Source: a virus
Lineage: Duplodnaviria; Caudoviricetes
Reading direction: 5' to 3' (one strand)
Length of the DNA: 64,000 bases
IMG/VR virus record: IMGVR_UViG_3300022401_000003
Location: 1,250 to 65,249 of that record
Shown piece by piece: positions 37,574 through 48,100 of the stretch. Numbering within the stretch: position 1 is the first letter of the stretch; each line of letters starts with the position of its first letter. The position numbers were made by a program, and so were the translations under genes. Below the pieces are notes generated by a model that worked only from the letters and a program-made list of their open reading frames with translations, had not been told where the DNA came from and did not search any database.

Positions 37574-38057
37574 TCTTTACAGGTTTGTTCAACAATGCCA
37601 CCGCCCCACCTGCCAAATAGCAGTACAGGTGTACCAACGCATTGGTATTCGGGAAAAAGAAGCCTGCCACAAGGTATGCAAGCATCCATAACTGATAATA
37701 TGCTTTACGCTGTACCTCGAACGAGATAGAGCCGAAGAGTGCAAACACAACGCCCGACAAACCAACGGTAGGAATGTCGGACAGACAAAATGACGGAACT
37801 CCAACTGCGATGATATATGCAAGGGTAAACCGCCATAGCGATATGTCATAGATGAATATGACAGAGAGCAGACACCACGCATTCAGCGTTGCGTGTAACA
37901 GGTTAGCGTGATAGAACGGATAAAGCATACGACAGCCGAGTCCGCACCCTGTATAGATGCCGACCGCAGACCAATCCGCCATATCCTGCAAAGAGAGACA
38001 GAACACGAGGATTGATATTAAAAGCGACGTAGCCTTTGCTGCTTTCTTCTTATCCAT
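37566..38057 (-). CDS. Minimal rhomboid-family intramembrane serine protease
   Basis: FYHANLLHATLN (HxxxxHxxxN), catalytic GLSG, catalytic His in NALVHLYCYLAG; hydrophobic TM segments. Confidence 0.85.
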   Translation of the reverse strand: MDKKKAAKATSLLISILVFCLSLQDMADWSAVGIYTGCGLGCRMLYPFYHANLLHATLNAWCLLSVIFIYDISLWRFTLAYIIAVGVPSFCLSDIPTVGLSGVVFALFGSISFEVQRKAYYQLWMLAYLVAGFFFPNTNALVHLYCYLAGGAVALLNKPVKIG

Positions 38058-38452
38058 TCTTTCCTCGCTTTACAAACCATAATTTTGGCACTGCCGGGTG
38101 TGAGATAGAATTTCGGTGCAGGCTGAATGACAACCATTGCACAGAGTTCAGAAGTAGTCTTATCGGGATATTTCTCACGCATTATGGCTACACGGCGGTA
38201 GATTTCTTCGTACATCTCACGTTTGGAAGCACACATCTTATCCAAACGTGCCTCTCCCCTCATCATCGCAGAAATGACAAGAGCAGCACGAATGTCGCTA
38301 ACCCAAAAACGGCGTGATGGCATATTGACAATGTTGTTGTACACATCGGGCATACGGATATAGTCGCACGATGCAAGATATTCATCGTACGCCCTCATCA
38401 AGTCGTCTGAACGCTCTTGTGAGTACTCCATCAATGCACCCTTATGCTTCAT
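38018..38452 (-). CDS. Hypothetical protein (possible regulator), first gene of the terL operon
   Basis: 144 aa with PSRRFWVS and PAPKFYLTP motifs. Confidence 0.7.
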   Translation of the reverse strand: MKHKGALMEYSQERSDDLMRAYDEYLASCDYIRMPDVYNNIVNMPSRRFWVSDIRAALVISAMMRGEARLDKMCASKREMYEEIYRRVAIMREKYPDKTTSELCAMVVIQPAPKFYLTPGSAKIMVCKARKEWIRRKQQRLRRF

Positions 38453-38484
38453 CTTTCTAACTCATTGCCGACTTATTTATGTTC

Positions 38485-38547
38485 CAAAGTTACACATTGG
38501 AGCGTAAAAAGATAAACATAACAAGCGTTTATTTCGGACTATTTTTG
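38485..38547. promoter_or_regulatory. Divergent -7 promoter elements for the terL and head operons
   Basis: TAACTTTG on the minus strand (38492-38485) and TATTTTTG on the plus strand (38540-38547). Confidence 0.6.
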
Positions 38548-38585
38548 CTTCACAGTTTAGTAAAACATCTAAATATTTACAGTAT

Positions 38586-39374
38586 ATGTCTAAGAATACG
38601 GAAGTTAAAAGCAATCGAGACCGATACACGGAACGATTGAAAGCGAAGTATCCCGACAAGGAATTTGCCGATGATGAGGCGTTATTCGGTCAAATCAATG
38701 ACGATTACGACAGTTACGACAATGAATTATCGGGTTATCGTGAGCGAGAAAAAGCCCTTTCAGACCTATTCGCAAGCAATCCACGCAGTGCAGCTTTCCT
38801 TACCGATTGGCGAAAGGGTGAAGACCCTATCATCGGAATGGTGCGCAAATTCGGTGATGATTTCAAGGCAGCACTTGAAGACCCCGAGAAGCAGGAGGCA
38901 CTTGCCGCCGCCAATAAGGAGTTTGCGGAGCGTATTGCCCAAGAGGAGCAGTATGAGGGCGAGTATCAAACCAACATCAATGAAACCCTAACCACACTCG
39001 AAGCAATGCAACAGGAAGAGGGATTGTCTGATGAGGACATCGACAATGCTATGGATTTCCTTATGGGTATTGTTCGTGACGGCATTATGGGCAAGTTCAC
39101 TCGTGAGAGCGTGATTATGGCACTCAAAGCCATTAAGCACGACAGCGATGTAGAGCAGGCAGACCGTGAGGGCGAAGTTCGAGGACGCAACACCAAGATT
39201 GAAGAGAAGTTGCGCAAGGGTAGCAAGAGTGACGGCACAGCCAACCTCAGCAGCAAAAACGGAGGTGGCAAGGGTGCAGCACGAGAAATGCCCGATTTAG
39301 GAGCCATTGACCAGAACTACGGTACTCAAAATATTTGGGAACGTGGCGGAGAGAAACGCAGACCAAACAAGTAA
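38586..39374 (+). CDS. Putative scaffolding protein
   Basis: Acidic coiled-coil protein immediately upstream of the capsid gene. Confidence 0.7.
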   Translation: MSKNTEVKSNRDRYTERLKAKYPDKEFADDEALFGQINDDYDSYDNELSGYREREKALSDLFASNPRSAAFLTDWRKGEDPIIGMVRKFGDDFKAALEDPEKQEALAAANKEFAERIAQEEQYEGEYQTNINETLTTLEAMQQEEGLSDEDIDNAMDFLMGIVRDGIMGKFTRESVIMALKAIKHDSDVEQADREGEVRGRNTKIEEKLRKGSKSDGTANLSSKNGGGKGAAREMPDLGAIDQNYGTQNIWERGGEKRRPNK

Positions 39375-39413
39375 CAGTCAATTTATTTATTCACTTTTCA
39401 AAATTTTACAGCA

Positions 39414-40850
39414 ATGAAGAAAGCAACAAGTTTTCTGTGTCGCATCTTGCTAATAGCATTAGCATTTGTGACGGGCGCATCGGGCGGTGTCTTTATGGCT
39501 AACGCCTCCGAACTCCCCGATGCAGGTAAGACAGTAGCCGGTGCTGATGGCACAGGCGGAACGGACGGTATCGCAACGGAGACCGTAGGTAGAACTGAGG
39601 GCGACCCAAATTTTTATTTGAGCGATGTGGACAAACGCATCGTGAAGATACGCCCGATGGCAACCCCTATCGACCAAATCAGCCGTTATGCGAAGTCGAG
39701 CAGCACGAACTCGTTCGAGGTCAAGTATTACAGCGTAGGCACACGAGAAATCAAGTGCAGCACAAGCGCAAAGGTTACTGCTATGACCGCAGGCGCAAGT
39801 GTATCGCTCCCTGTGGACGACCTCAATATGTTCACTTTGGACGATACTATCCGCGTAGTAGGTGTGCCTGCCAAGACTAAACCCGATGGAACGGCGTACA
39901 CTTCCGAAGACAGCCTCATCCCCGACCTTGTATTGTGTGTATGCGGTAAGGACAGCACTACCAATCTGCCTACCGTCTATGCAGTAAACGGTACGATGGA
40001 CAGCTCTACCAAGCAGCCTATCCTTGTACCCGAAATTCCACAGGGAACTACCCTTGTGCGTATGGGTAAGGCTTGCGGTGAGTTGGACGTACAGACAGGA
40101 CGTTTCAACAACATTCCTATGCCGGAGACACAGTACTGCCAAAACTTTATGATACAGGTTGAGCAGTCCACCTTCGACAAGATTGCGGCCAAGGAAGTGA
40201 ATTGGAATTTCTCTGACATTGAGGAGGACGGCGTATATGATATGCGTCTTGCTATGGAGAATACCTATCTGTTTGGTGTTAAGAACGTCATCAAGCACAT
40301 TGCAAAGGACGGTATGAACACTTGGTTTACAGGCGGTATTTGGTGGATGGCAGGTAAGGACATTGAGGTCGGCGAGTGGGACAGCGACAAGAAGTGTGCT
40401 GTTATCACAGATGAAAACCTCGTGGATATTACCAAAGACCTCTTTGTCGGTACAGGTATCGGTAACAAGCGTAAAATCCTTTTCTGCGGTAGTGATATGC
40501 TCTCTGCTTTCTCAAAGATTAAGAGTGAGAAGTTCCGTCTGAAAGACACCGTAGAGGTTTGGAACTTGAAGTTCAAGTCTTGGGATACCGATTTCGGCGA
40601 GGTACTCACCATTCATCACGAGTTGTTCGATGTGAACGGTATGAGCGACTGCGGTTTTGCAATGGACCCCGAATACTTGTCAAAGAAAACTCATATCTCT
40701 TGGGCAAGAAACGTACTCGACTTGCAGAAGGCAGGTATTCGCCGTACAGATGCCGTAGTTATTCAGGAGGTAAGTTGCTTGTACTTGCGCTATGCAAAGG
40801 CACACGCACGTATGAAACTTGCCAAAGCACCTACTGCTGCGGCAGCATAA
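39414..40850 (+). CDS. Major capsid protein with a hydrophobic N-terminal leader
   Basis: Follows the scaffold gene and precedes a terminator. QYCQNFM.QVEQS, MRLAMENTYLFG and FTGGI motifs. N-terminus MKKATSFLCRILLIALAFVTGASGGVFMA. Confidence 0.8.
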   Translation: MKKATSFLCRILLIALAFVTGASGGVFMANASELPDAGKTVAGADGTGGTDGIATETVGRTEGDPNFYLSDVDKRIVKIRPMATPIDQISRYAKSSSTNSFEVKYYSVGTREIKCSTSAKVTAMTAGASVSLPVDDLNMFTLDDTIRVVGVPAKTKPDGTAYTSEDSLIPDLVLCVCGKDSTTNLPTVYAVNGTMDSSTKQPILVPEIPQGTTLVRMGKACGELDVQTGRFNNIPMPETQYCQNFMIQVEQSTFDKIAAKEVNWNFSDIEEDGVYDMRLAMENTYLFGVKNVIKHIAKDGMNTWFTGGIWWMAGKDIEVGEWDSDKKCAVITDENLVDITKDLFVGTGIGNKRKILFCGSDMLSAFSKIKSEKFRLKDTVEVWNLKFKSWDTDFGEVLTIHHELFDVNGMSDCGFAMDPEYLSKKTHISWARNVLDLQKAGIRRTDAVVIQEVSCLYLRYAKAHARMKLAKAPTAAAA

Positions 40851-40879
40851 TCAAGAGTTATCAACTAATTCAGCAACCG

Positions 40880-40908
40880 AGGGATGGGCGTAGTCCCGTC
40901 CCTTTTTT
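40880..40908 (+). terminator. Intrinsic terminator after the capsid gene
   Basis: AGGGATGGG-CGTAGT-CCCGTCCCT followed by a T run. Confidence 0.85.
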
Positions 40909-40923
40909 AATTTTCCAAAGTAT

Positions 40924-41499
40924 ATGATTAAGACCTACAAAGCGAACACCAACGTCAGCATCAACGTGGTGCTTCCAAGCAAGAAGAACTTGCACATTTC
41001 GTTCATACCCCTGTCAAACGGCAGCAGCACATTCACGACCGACAACGAGGAGATTATGAACGCCATTGAGTGCCATTACAATTTTGGCAAGTTGTTCCGC
41101 CTCCACAGCGTACAGGGCGAAAGCAAGAAAAATGCTGCAAAGGTAGTGGAAACGCCTGCAAAGAAAGAGGAGAAAGCAGAGGAAAAGCCTGCCGACAATC
41201 CTACTCCGGCAGAAGACACAACTGTTACCGACAATGGCGACAATGAGAACGCAGATGCAAACGAGAACGGAGAGAACAACGAGCAGAACGGCGAAGCCCC
41301 AACCGAGGGTGGAGAGACCGAGACTGATACTGATGCTGATGCTGATGCCACATTGAAGCAAGTAACAGTCAGCGACCTTGCCGCCGCCAAAGATTACCTC
41401 GCAGACAAATTCGGCATCAGCCGTACCACTTTGCGCAGTAAGAAAGCCATTGTCGAGCAGGCAGCCGCTAACGGTATCGAGTTCGTTGGATTGTCATAA
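40924..41499 (+). CDS. Hypothetical virion/assembly protein with an acidic linker
   Basis: Folded N- and C-terminal domains joined by a D/E/N/T-rich spacer. Confidence 0.7.
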   Translation: MIKTYKANTNVSINVVLPSKKNLHISFIPLSNGSSTFTTDNEEIMNAIECHYNFGKLFRLHSVQGESKKNAAKVVETPAKKEEKAEEKPADNPTPAEDTTVTDNGDNENADANENGENNEQNGEAPTEGGETETDTDADADATLKQVTVSDLAAAKDYLADKFGISRTTLRSKKAIVEQAAANGIEFVGLS

Positions 41500-41512
41500 A
41501 GAGTAATGAGGT

Positions 41513-42151
41513 ATGACAGTCTATCCACTTGATAAGATTGCGGAAGATGTTCGCATAGCACTTGACCAAAATATGTCGAGTGATGCGCTGACAGAAATCG
41601 GCGATGTGGACACCCTTGCCCTCAATGACATCATCAAGTCGAAGATTGTTGAGGCTGTCAAGCGCATACACAGCGAAGCACCCCCTCACTTACTTGACGG
41701 AGGTCATAATTTCGGCGATGCCGTGTATTGGATGGAACACGAAAGCGGTTGGGTACTCTTACCCGAGGACTTTATGCGCTTTGTAGTGTTCGAGATGGAC
41801 GATTGGGCGAGACCTGTTTTCACCTGTTCCAACACGGACGACCCCGAATATGAGAAGCAACATTCACGCTTCAAAGGCATACGAGGCACGGCGCAACGCC
41901 CTGTCTGTTTCGTTTCGATACGTCCAGAGGGACGTGTGTTGGAGTTCTACTCCTGCAAGAGCGAGGAGGCAATGGTTAGCCGTGCCGTATATCTTCCCTA
42001 TCCGAAAGTGGACGAATACGGTGCTATCGAGATTTGTCAGCGATGTTACGATGCAGTGGTTTACACCACAGCAGCATTAGTGTTAATCACGTTCGGCGAC
42101 ACGGAGCGAAGCAACGTGTTGAACGAATTGGCTAAATCATCCTTAATATGA
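41513..42151 (+). CDS. Putative head-tail adaptor
   Basis: 212 aa; located after the head genes; GWVLLPEDF and YLPYP motifs. Confidence 0.55.
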   Translation: MTVYPLDKIAEDVRIALDQNMSSDALTEIGDVDTLALNDIIKSKIVEAVKRIHSEAPPHLLDGGHNFGDAVYWMEHESGWVLLPEDFMRFVVFEMDDWARPVFTCSNTDDPEYEKQHSRFKGIRGTAQRPVCFVSIRPEGRVLEFYSCKSEEAMVSRAVYLPYPKVDEYGAIEICQRCYDAVVYTTAALVLITFGDTERSNVLNELAKSSLI

Positions 42152-45100
42152 GTTCAATAAAGACAACACAGATTGACGGTGATGTTTCCGTTGGTCGCAA
42201 CGTGGCTGTTGGTGGCAGAGTAACCGTTCAAGGCAGTTCCCAATTCAAAGGGAGTGTAAAGGTGGAGGGTTGGCTTGATGCCAAGAACATCAAAGGTGCG
42301 AACAAAGGTATCTTCACGTCAGTAGAGAAATTGAAAGAAGCCTACCCATTGCCTCACGATGGTTGGTGGGCTATTGTCGGAAAGACTCTCCCCGGACCCA
42401 TTTATGTGGGTGATGGTGGCGAATGGGTTGCCACAGGCGAAGAGGGAGGAAACCCGACCATTGACAGTGAGCAGTACAACGAAGCTGTTGCCGAGTTGCA
42501 AAGCGATATGGCGTTGATGCAGCAGGATATTAAAGACATTGAAGATAAGAACAAAGCGCAGGATACGCAACTTACTTCACAGGGCAACAATATCAATGCT
42601 ATTCAGACACAGGTGAACACTGTTCAGACGACCGCCAACGAAGCCAAGACAAAGGCAAATGCAGTCGGCGCAGAACTCACCGAGTTCAAAAATACGTTAG
42701 GAGAAGCAAACGGTATCGCTCCGCTTGGCGAAGATGCAAAAATCCCTGCCACCTATTTACCCGGCTTTGTTGATGATGTAATTGAGTTTGCAGAAGCAGT
42801 AGAGAACATTGTCGTTCAACAAAGCGAACTTGGCAGTGTTTCCGAACAAACAAAAGTTGTTTTTCATAAGAATAATAACGTGTTTGTAATTGCTCGTATC
42901 GTTGAAGTCGAAACGGAAAACGGCGAGTTGGATACGGAAATTTACTATTATCCTGTGTGGGAAGATAGTGAAACTTGGGGAGTTCAATCCTATAACGGCG
43001 TTACCCCCGAGGCAGGTAAAGTTTATGTTGATAAGTCGAGAAATATCACTTATCGTTGGAGCGGCAGCACCCTTGTTGCCATAGGCTCTGACCTTGCGTT
43101 AGGTTATACCGCAAGTACGGCTTTCCCCGGCAGCGATGGTAAGAAGTTGCAGGACGAAATGAAAACCGCACAAGGGGACATCAGTAACCTCGGTAAAAGT
43201 CTAACAGGCGCAACAAAACACATCATCGCCCGAAGCGTAGTAAATGTAAATCAACTGCTTGGATTGACAGGCAGAGAAATTACATTTGCCGTAGCCCTTG
43301 ACCGCATTGCCAACTTGGACGGAGCAGACAACACCATTATGATACCGGGCGTTGTATTGACGTTCCTTACTGAAAACGGTTGGCAGTCGAAACAGTGGAC
43401 TAATACAGCAGATTGGGCTACCGAAAGCAATTGGACTGACTTCGGAGCAAACGGCGAGAGTATTGGCAACACTATCAATGTGAATGCCCTTTGTGATAAC
43501 ATCGAGTATTCATTGAGTACCGCCATTCAAGCCGTACAGAACTTGGAGAGAGAAAGCGGACTTTCCTACTTCAAGAGTGGTGTTGTACTGACATTCAAGA
43601 CAGCAGACACCGACCTCAACGGCGCACCTGTATGGCTTGCCTATCAGTTCACTCGTGAGGTTGCCGACATCAACCCTGCCGATGAAAAGCCGTGGGTTGC
43701 TTTCGGTGGCGGCGGTAGTGGAAATGTTGAGACCGCAGACGTTCCCGAGAAAGGTGGCAAACAAGCCCTTTCGACAGGCGGAGCATACGAAATGCAGGAG
43801 AAAGCCATCGGCGGTTTTGATGAGGAAAGCGATGAAGAGTACATCTATTACAAGGCTGTAAACCTCAACGGACAGCAGCTTCCCGATGTTCAAATCAAGA
43901 TACCGAAGAATACAGGAGGTGGTGGGTCGAGCGAGGACAGCACCCTGTCTATCTATTTCGAGGAAGCCGCTCCTACCGTAGCCTACGGCTCCGATATTCT
44001 TGTGAATGTTGCCTTGCGTAGCGTAAGTTACCCGGACGGCAACGAGGTGTTGGGCGTTATCCGTAGCCTTGCTATCATTGACGCAAGCACAGGACTGACA
44101 TTGTTCAGCGAGAGTATGAACGAAGTCGGCTCGGCAAGTGCAACAGACTTCAAGTTCCAACTTGACTTTACCGAGTATTTCAGCAGTGCCGCATCAAAGA
44201 GTTTCTTTGTGCAGGCTTCTGATGCAGACGGAAACACCAAGAAGAAAGCCATTACCATTGTGGCGGTTGATGTTACCGTTGAGCAGCCTATGGCACTCAA
44301 TTACACAAGCAGTACAGCATTGACCGTAGGCGGTGGAGCAAAGAGCATCGGACAGTTCTATAAGTTCCCGAACAACTCTTCATCTATCCTTGCCGTAGTG
44401 GAAATGCTCTACAATGGCGAGTGGAAGAAGTTGGGCGAAGCAACCGTAAGCGACAGTTACACCAAGAGTATTTCTGTCAATCCGAGCAATGTGTTCGGCG
44501 GTGGCGAAAGACTTTTGCACGGTGCATATCCTGTACGCATCTATGGCATAGAAACCAAGTCGGGAGTAAGAGGTAACACCATTTACTCTGCCATTATGTG
44601 TGTCGATGCCGACAACACGACACCGATTGTTGCTATCCGCTTCAACGATACCAACAACGGCTCGTTGCGCCTGTACGACAACCTCACCGTGGAGGTTGCG
44701 GCATATACTTCGGGCAAGACCGAAACGCATATTGACGTGTACTACGGCGAGGAACTTGTAACCTCCGTTGAGGCTATGATTGCCGAGACTATCAAGGTAA
44801 ACAAGCAGATACAGGGTTACAGCACAGACGGCACACAGCAAATCATTGTACACGCCGAGAGCGGCACGGTATCAACCAATGATATCAAAGTAACCGTACA
44901 GGGCAGTGCTATCGGTGCTATCATCAAGGACGGTGCTTTGTTCGGTTTCGACTTTGCAAGCCGTAGCAACAGCGAGAGCGACCACACCATTAAGAACAAT
45001 GGCGTGGAAATGGTTGTAAAAGGCTCTAACTATTCAAGTAACGGCTTTGTGGATTACCTCGGTGAGCGTTGTTTGCGCACCGCAGAGAATGTAACGGCAG

Positions 45101-48100
45101 AGATTATCGGCTATAACCCATACGGCAATTCAGCCACAGAGCGTACGACAGGTAATGCCATTCAGTTTGCCTTTGCTACCAAGAACATCAAGGATGCAAA
45201 TGCGAAACTCATCGAGTGCTACGACCCAGATAGCGGAGCAGGTTTCTATGTGTGCGGCAATAAGGCTGCTATCTACTGCAAGACAGGACAACCGACATTG
45301 GTAGAGCGTTCGTTCAAGTGTGCCGAGAAACACACAATGGCGGTAGTCGTTGAGCCATCCACCATCTATGTAACACGTGGTGGCAGCAACTACTCCTGTA
45401 TCAAACTGTACTTGGACGGTGAAGAGGTCGGCTGTATCGGTTACATCAGCAACAGCGGTGCTATCCTCAATAGCAAGACAATCACATTCAATGGCACAGA
45501 GGGCGATTTGTACCTATACTATTTCCTTGCCTACGATAGCCATTATGAGTGGGCGCAGGCATTTCAGAACTACCTGTGCAAACTTACCGACACTACCGCT
45601 ATGATTGCGGAGTATGAGGCAGAAGATGTGCTTGACACGCAAAACCGCCCGACACTCGAAAAACTCAAAGAGAAAGGTATCCCGTACTATGTTGTGGTAC
45701 AGGAACAACAGACCTTTGACACCTTTGACGGCGATATTGATACAAGCAAGAAGTTCAGTTGTACGCTGTACTACTACCACCCGACAATGCCTTGGCGCAG
45801 CTTCAAGGCTGTAAATGTTCAGTGGCGCAGACAGGGTACAACCTCGGCAAAACGTCCTATCAAGAATGACCGCTTCTACTTGCGTAAGAATGACGGTTGG
45901 GAGGTAACGCCTATCTACCCGGACTACACCAACGAGGACGCATTGATTTCATACGAGTTGATGAAACTCGGCTATGTTCGTGTGGGCGAGAACTCAATCC
46001 CTGTAAGTATCATCACTGTAAAGGTGGACTACTCGGACAGCTCGGGTGCTAACGACTGCGGTGTTTGCGACTTGATGAACGCTACTTATCGTGCGCTCGG
46101 CAGCAACTATCTGACCCCTGCACAGCGAGCCTTTGACGGCACTTGGACGAAAGGCGATGTCAAACTGACAGGCTTGCAGATGAACCACTCCACAGCCAAC
46201 CACCCGATTGCGGCATTCCGTTCGACAATGGAGAGCCTCACAGATGCTTGGTTTCACGCAAAGGGCAATTGGAAAGAGGATAAGAACGAACAGGTTGCAC
46301 TCGGCTTCCTCGATACTCCGGGCTACAACTTGGGCTGTGTAAACTACGGTGATTTCATTGAGTATTTCGGTAAGGAGGGCGAAAGCCTTGACGAAATTGA
46401 AATGCGCTTCAAGAATGACAACACCACCGACAAGAGCCAACTCTACCTGTTGTCGCTCTACTGTGGCGAGAACTATCGCTTTATGGCATACGAGAGTGGA
46501 GCGTGGACGGCACAGAAAGGCGAAATGAAGCAGGTAAACGGCAAGTGGCAGATTACAGGTAAGGTACTTAACCCTGTGAGCGGTTACGAGTTGTTGAGTT
46601 ATGACGGCTTGAATTGGTGGCAAGGCGTTGGCAGCATTGCCGATATGATGGAGCCTACCACCGCCGAAGCATCTTGGGTTACCAAATTGAAACTCGGACA
46701 GCCTACATACCCGATGTGGACTCGATATTTCGAGTGTATGATTGACGATGACCAACTGCAAGAGGACTTGGCAATGGGTCGCAAAGTTCCATACGACCTG
46801 TATCAGATGTTGGTGTTCTGTAATAGTTGCGACTATTCAAAGGCTGAACTTGCCGACACTTGGCAGAACATTTGGAAAACGCAGATGTGGAAATTTGCCA
46901 ATCCGTACTCTCTTGTAGCATACTACCTCTTTACTGACTACCTTGCCGCCGTTGACCAACAGGCGAAGAATATGCAGCCTATGTGGTTCTTGGAGGACGG
47001 TTGTAGCGTAAAAGACGGTGTGTATAGCGGTGCGAACGGTATGAACGCACGCCGTATGTACTGTAACAAGGTGTACGACTGCGATACCTGTAACGGAAAG
47101 GACAATGACGGTGGACAGACCATTGACCCCGAAGTTGACCCCGGGGACTTGACAAGCAGCGCATACGCAGGACGTGGCTCTGTGCTTTGGAACAACATCA
47201 GAGGACAGCAGACAATGGACGTTGACCAAAACGGCAACACCATTACCCTGTTGGCAATCGCCGACACTATGCGTTCATTGCCGGACACACTCGGCATTGG
47301 TGCAGGACCATTCTCGCCAAAGGGTGCTTTGCACTACTTTGTTGATGAGCGTCTGAAGAAGTGGCCAAAGGTTGTTTCAAGTTTTGACGGAGAGCGTAAG
47401 TACATCAAGTACACAGGTTATAGCGACATCTATTTCTATGCTCTGCAAGGTCTTGGCTTGACATCGCTTCCTGCGTTCATCGAACAGCGTTGGCGTATCA
47501 GAGACGGTTACTACCGTTGCGGCGACTTCAAGGCTGAAAGCGGTTATATCGGTGGTCGTATCGGTGCAAAGGACGGTGCAGTAATCCGCTTCAAAGCAGC
47601 CAAGACAGGTTATTTCGGTATCGGTAACGATAGCGGTAACATTACCGAGGGTATCTACTTGCAGGCAGGCGAAGAGGGCGTGTTCAGCAACTTCCAACAC
47701 GGCGAAAACATTATGCTCTACATATACCAGGCAGACCGTATGAGTATGCTTGATTTGAGCGAAGTGAGTATCGACCCACAGTTCGGTAACACCTTGTCGA
47801 AAATGGCTCTCTTGCAAGAGTTGTATTTAGGTAGCGAGACACACGCCGATTGGACTATGTCGCCCGGTAACACAGGCTATATGACCAATCTTGATTTGGG
47901 CGATATGCCATTCTTGCGTGTGCTTGATGTGCGCAATACAGAGGTGCAGACGATGAACGCATCGAAGTGTCCTCGCTTGGTATCGGTATATGCGGAAAAC
48001 ACATCGCTTTCTACCATTACCCTTGCCGAAACATCGCCTATCAAGGAACTGACACTGCCCGACACTATGACCGAGATTGTACTGAACAATCTGCCAAACT

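Noticed and set aside
41320-41350. GATGCT microsatellite as a phase-variation tract
   Set aside because: Short, imperfect hexamer repeats encoding a TDADADA linker; unit changes would keep the frame.
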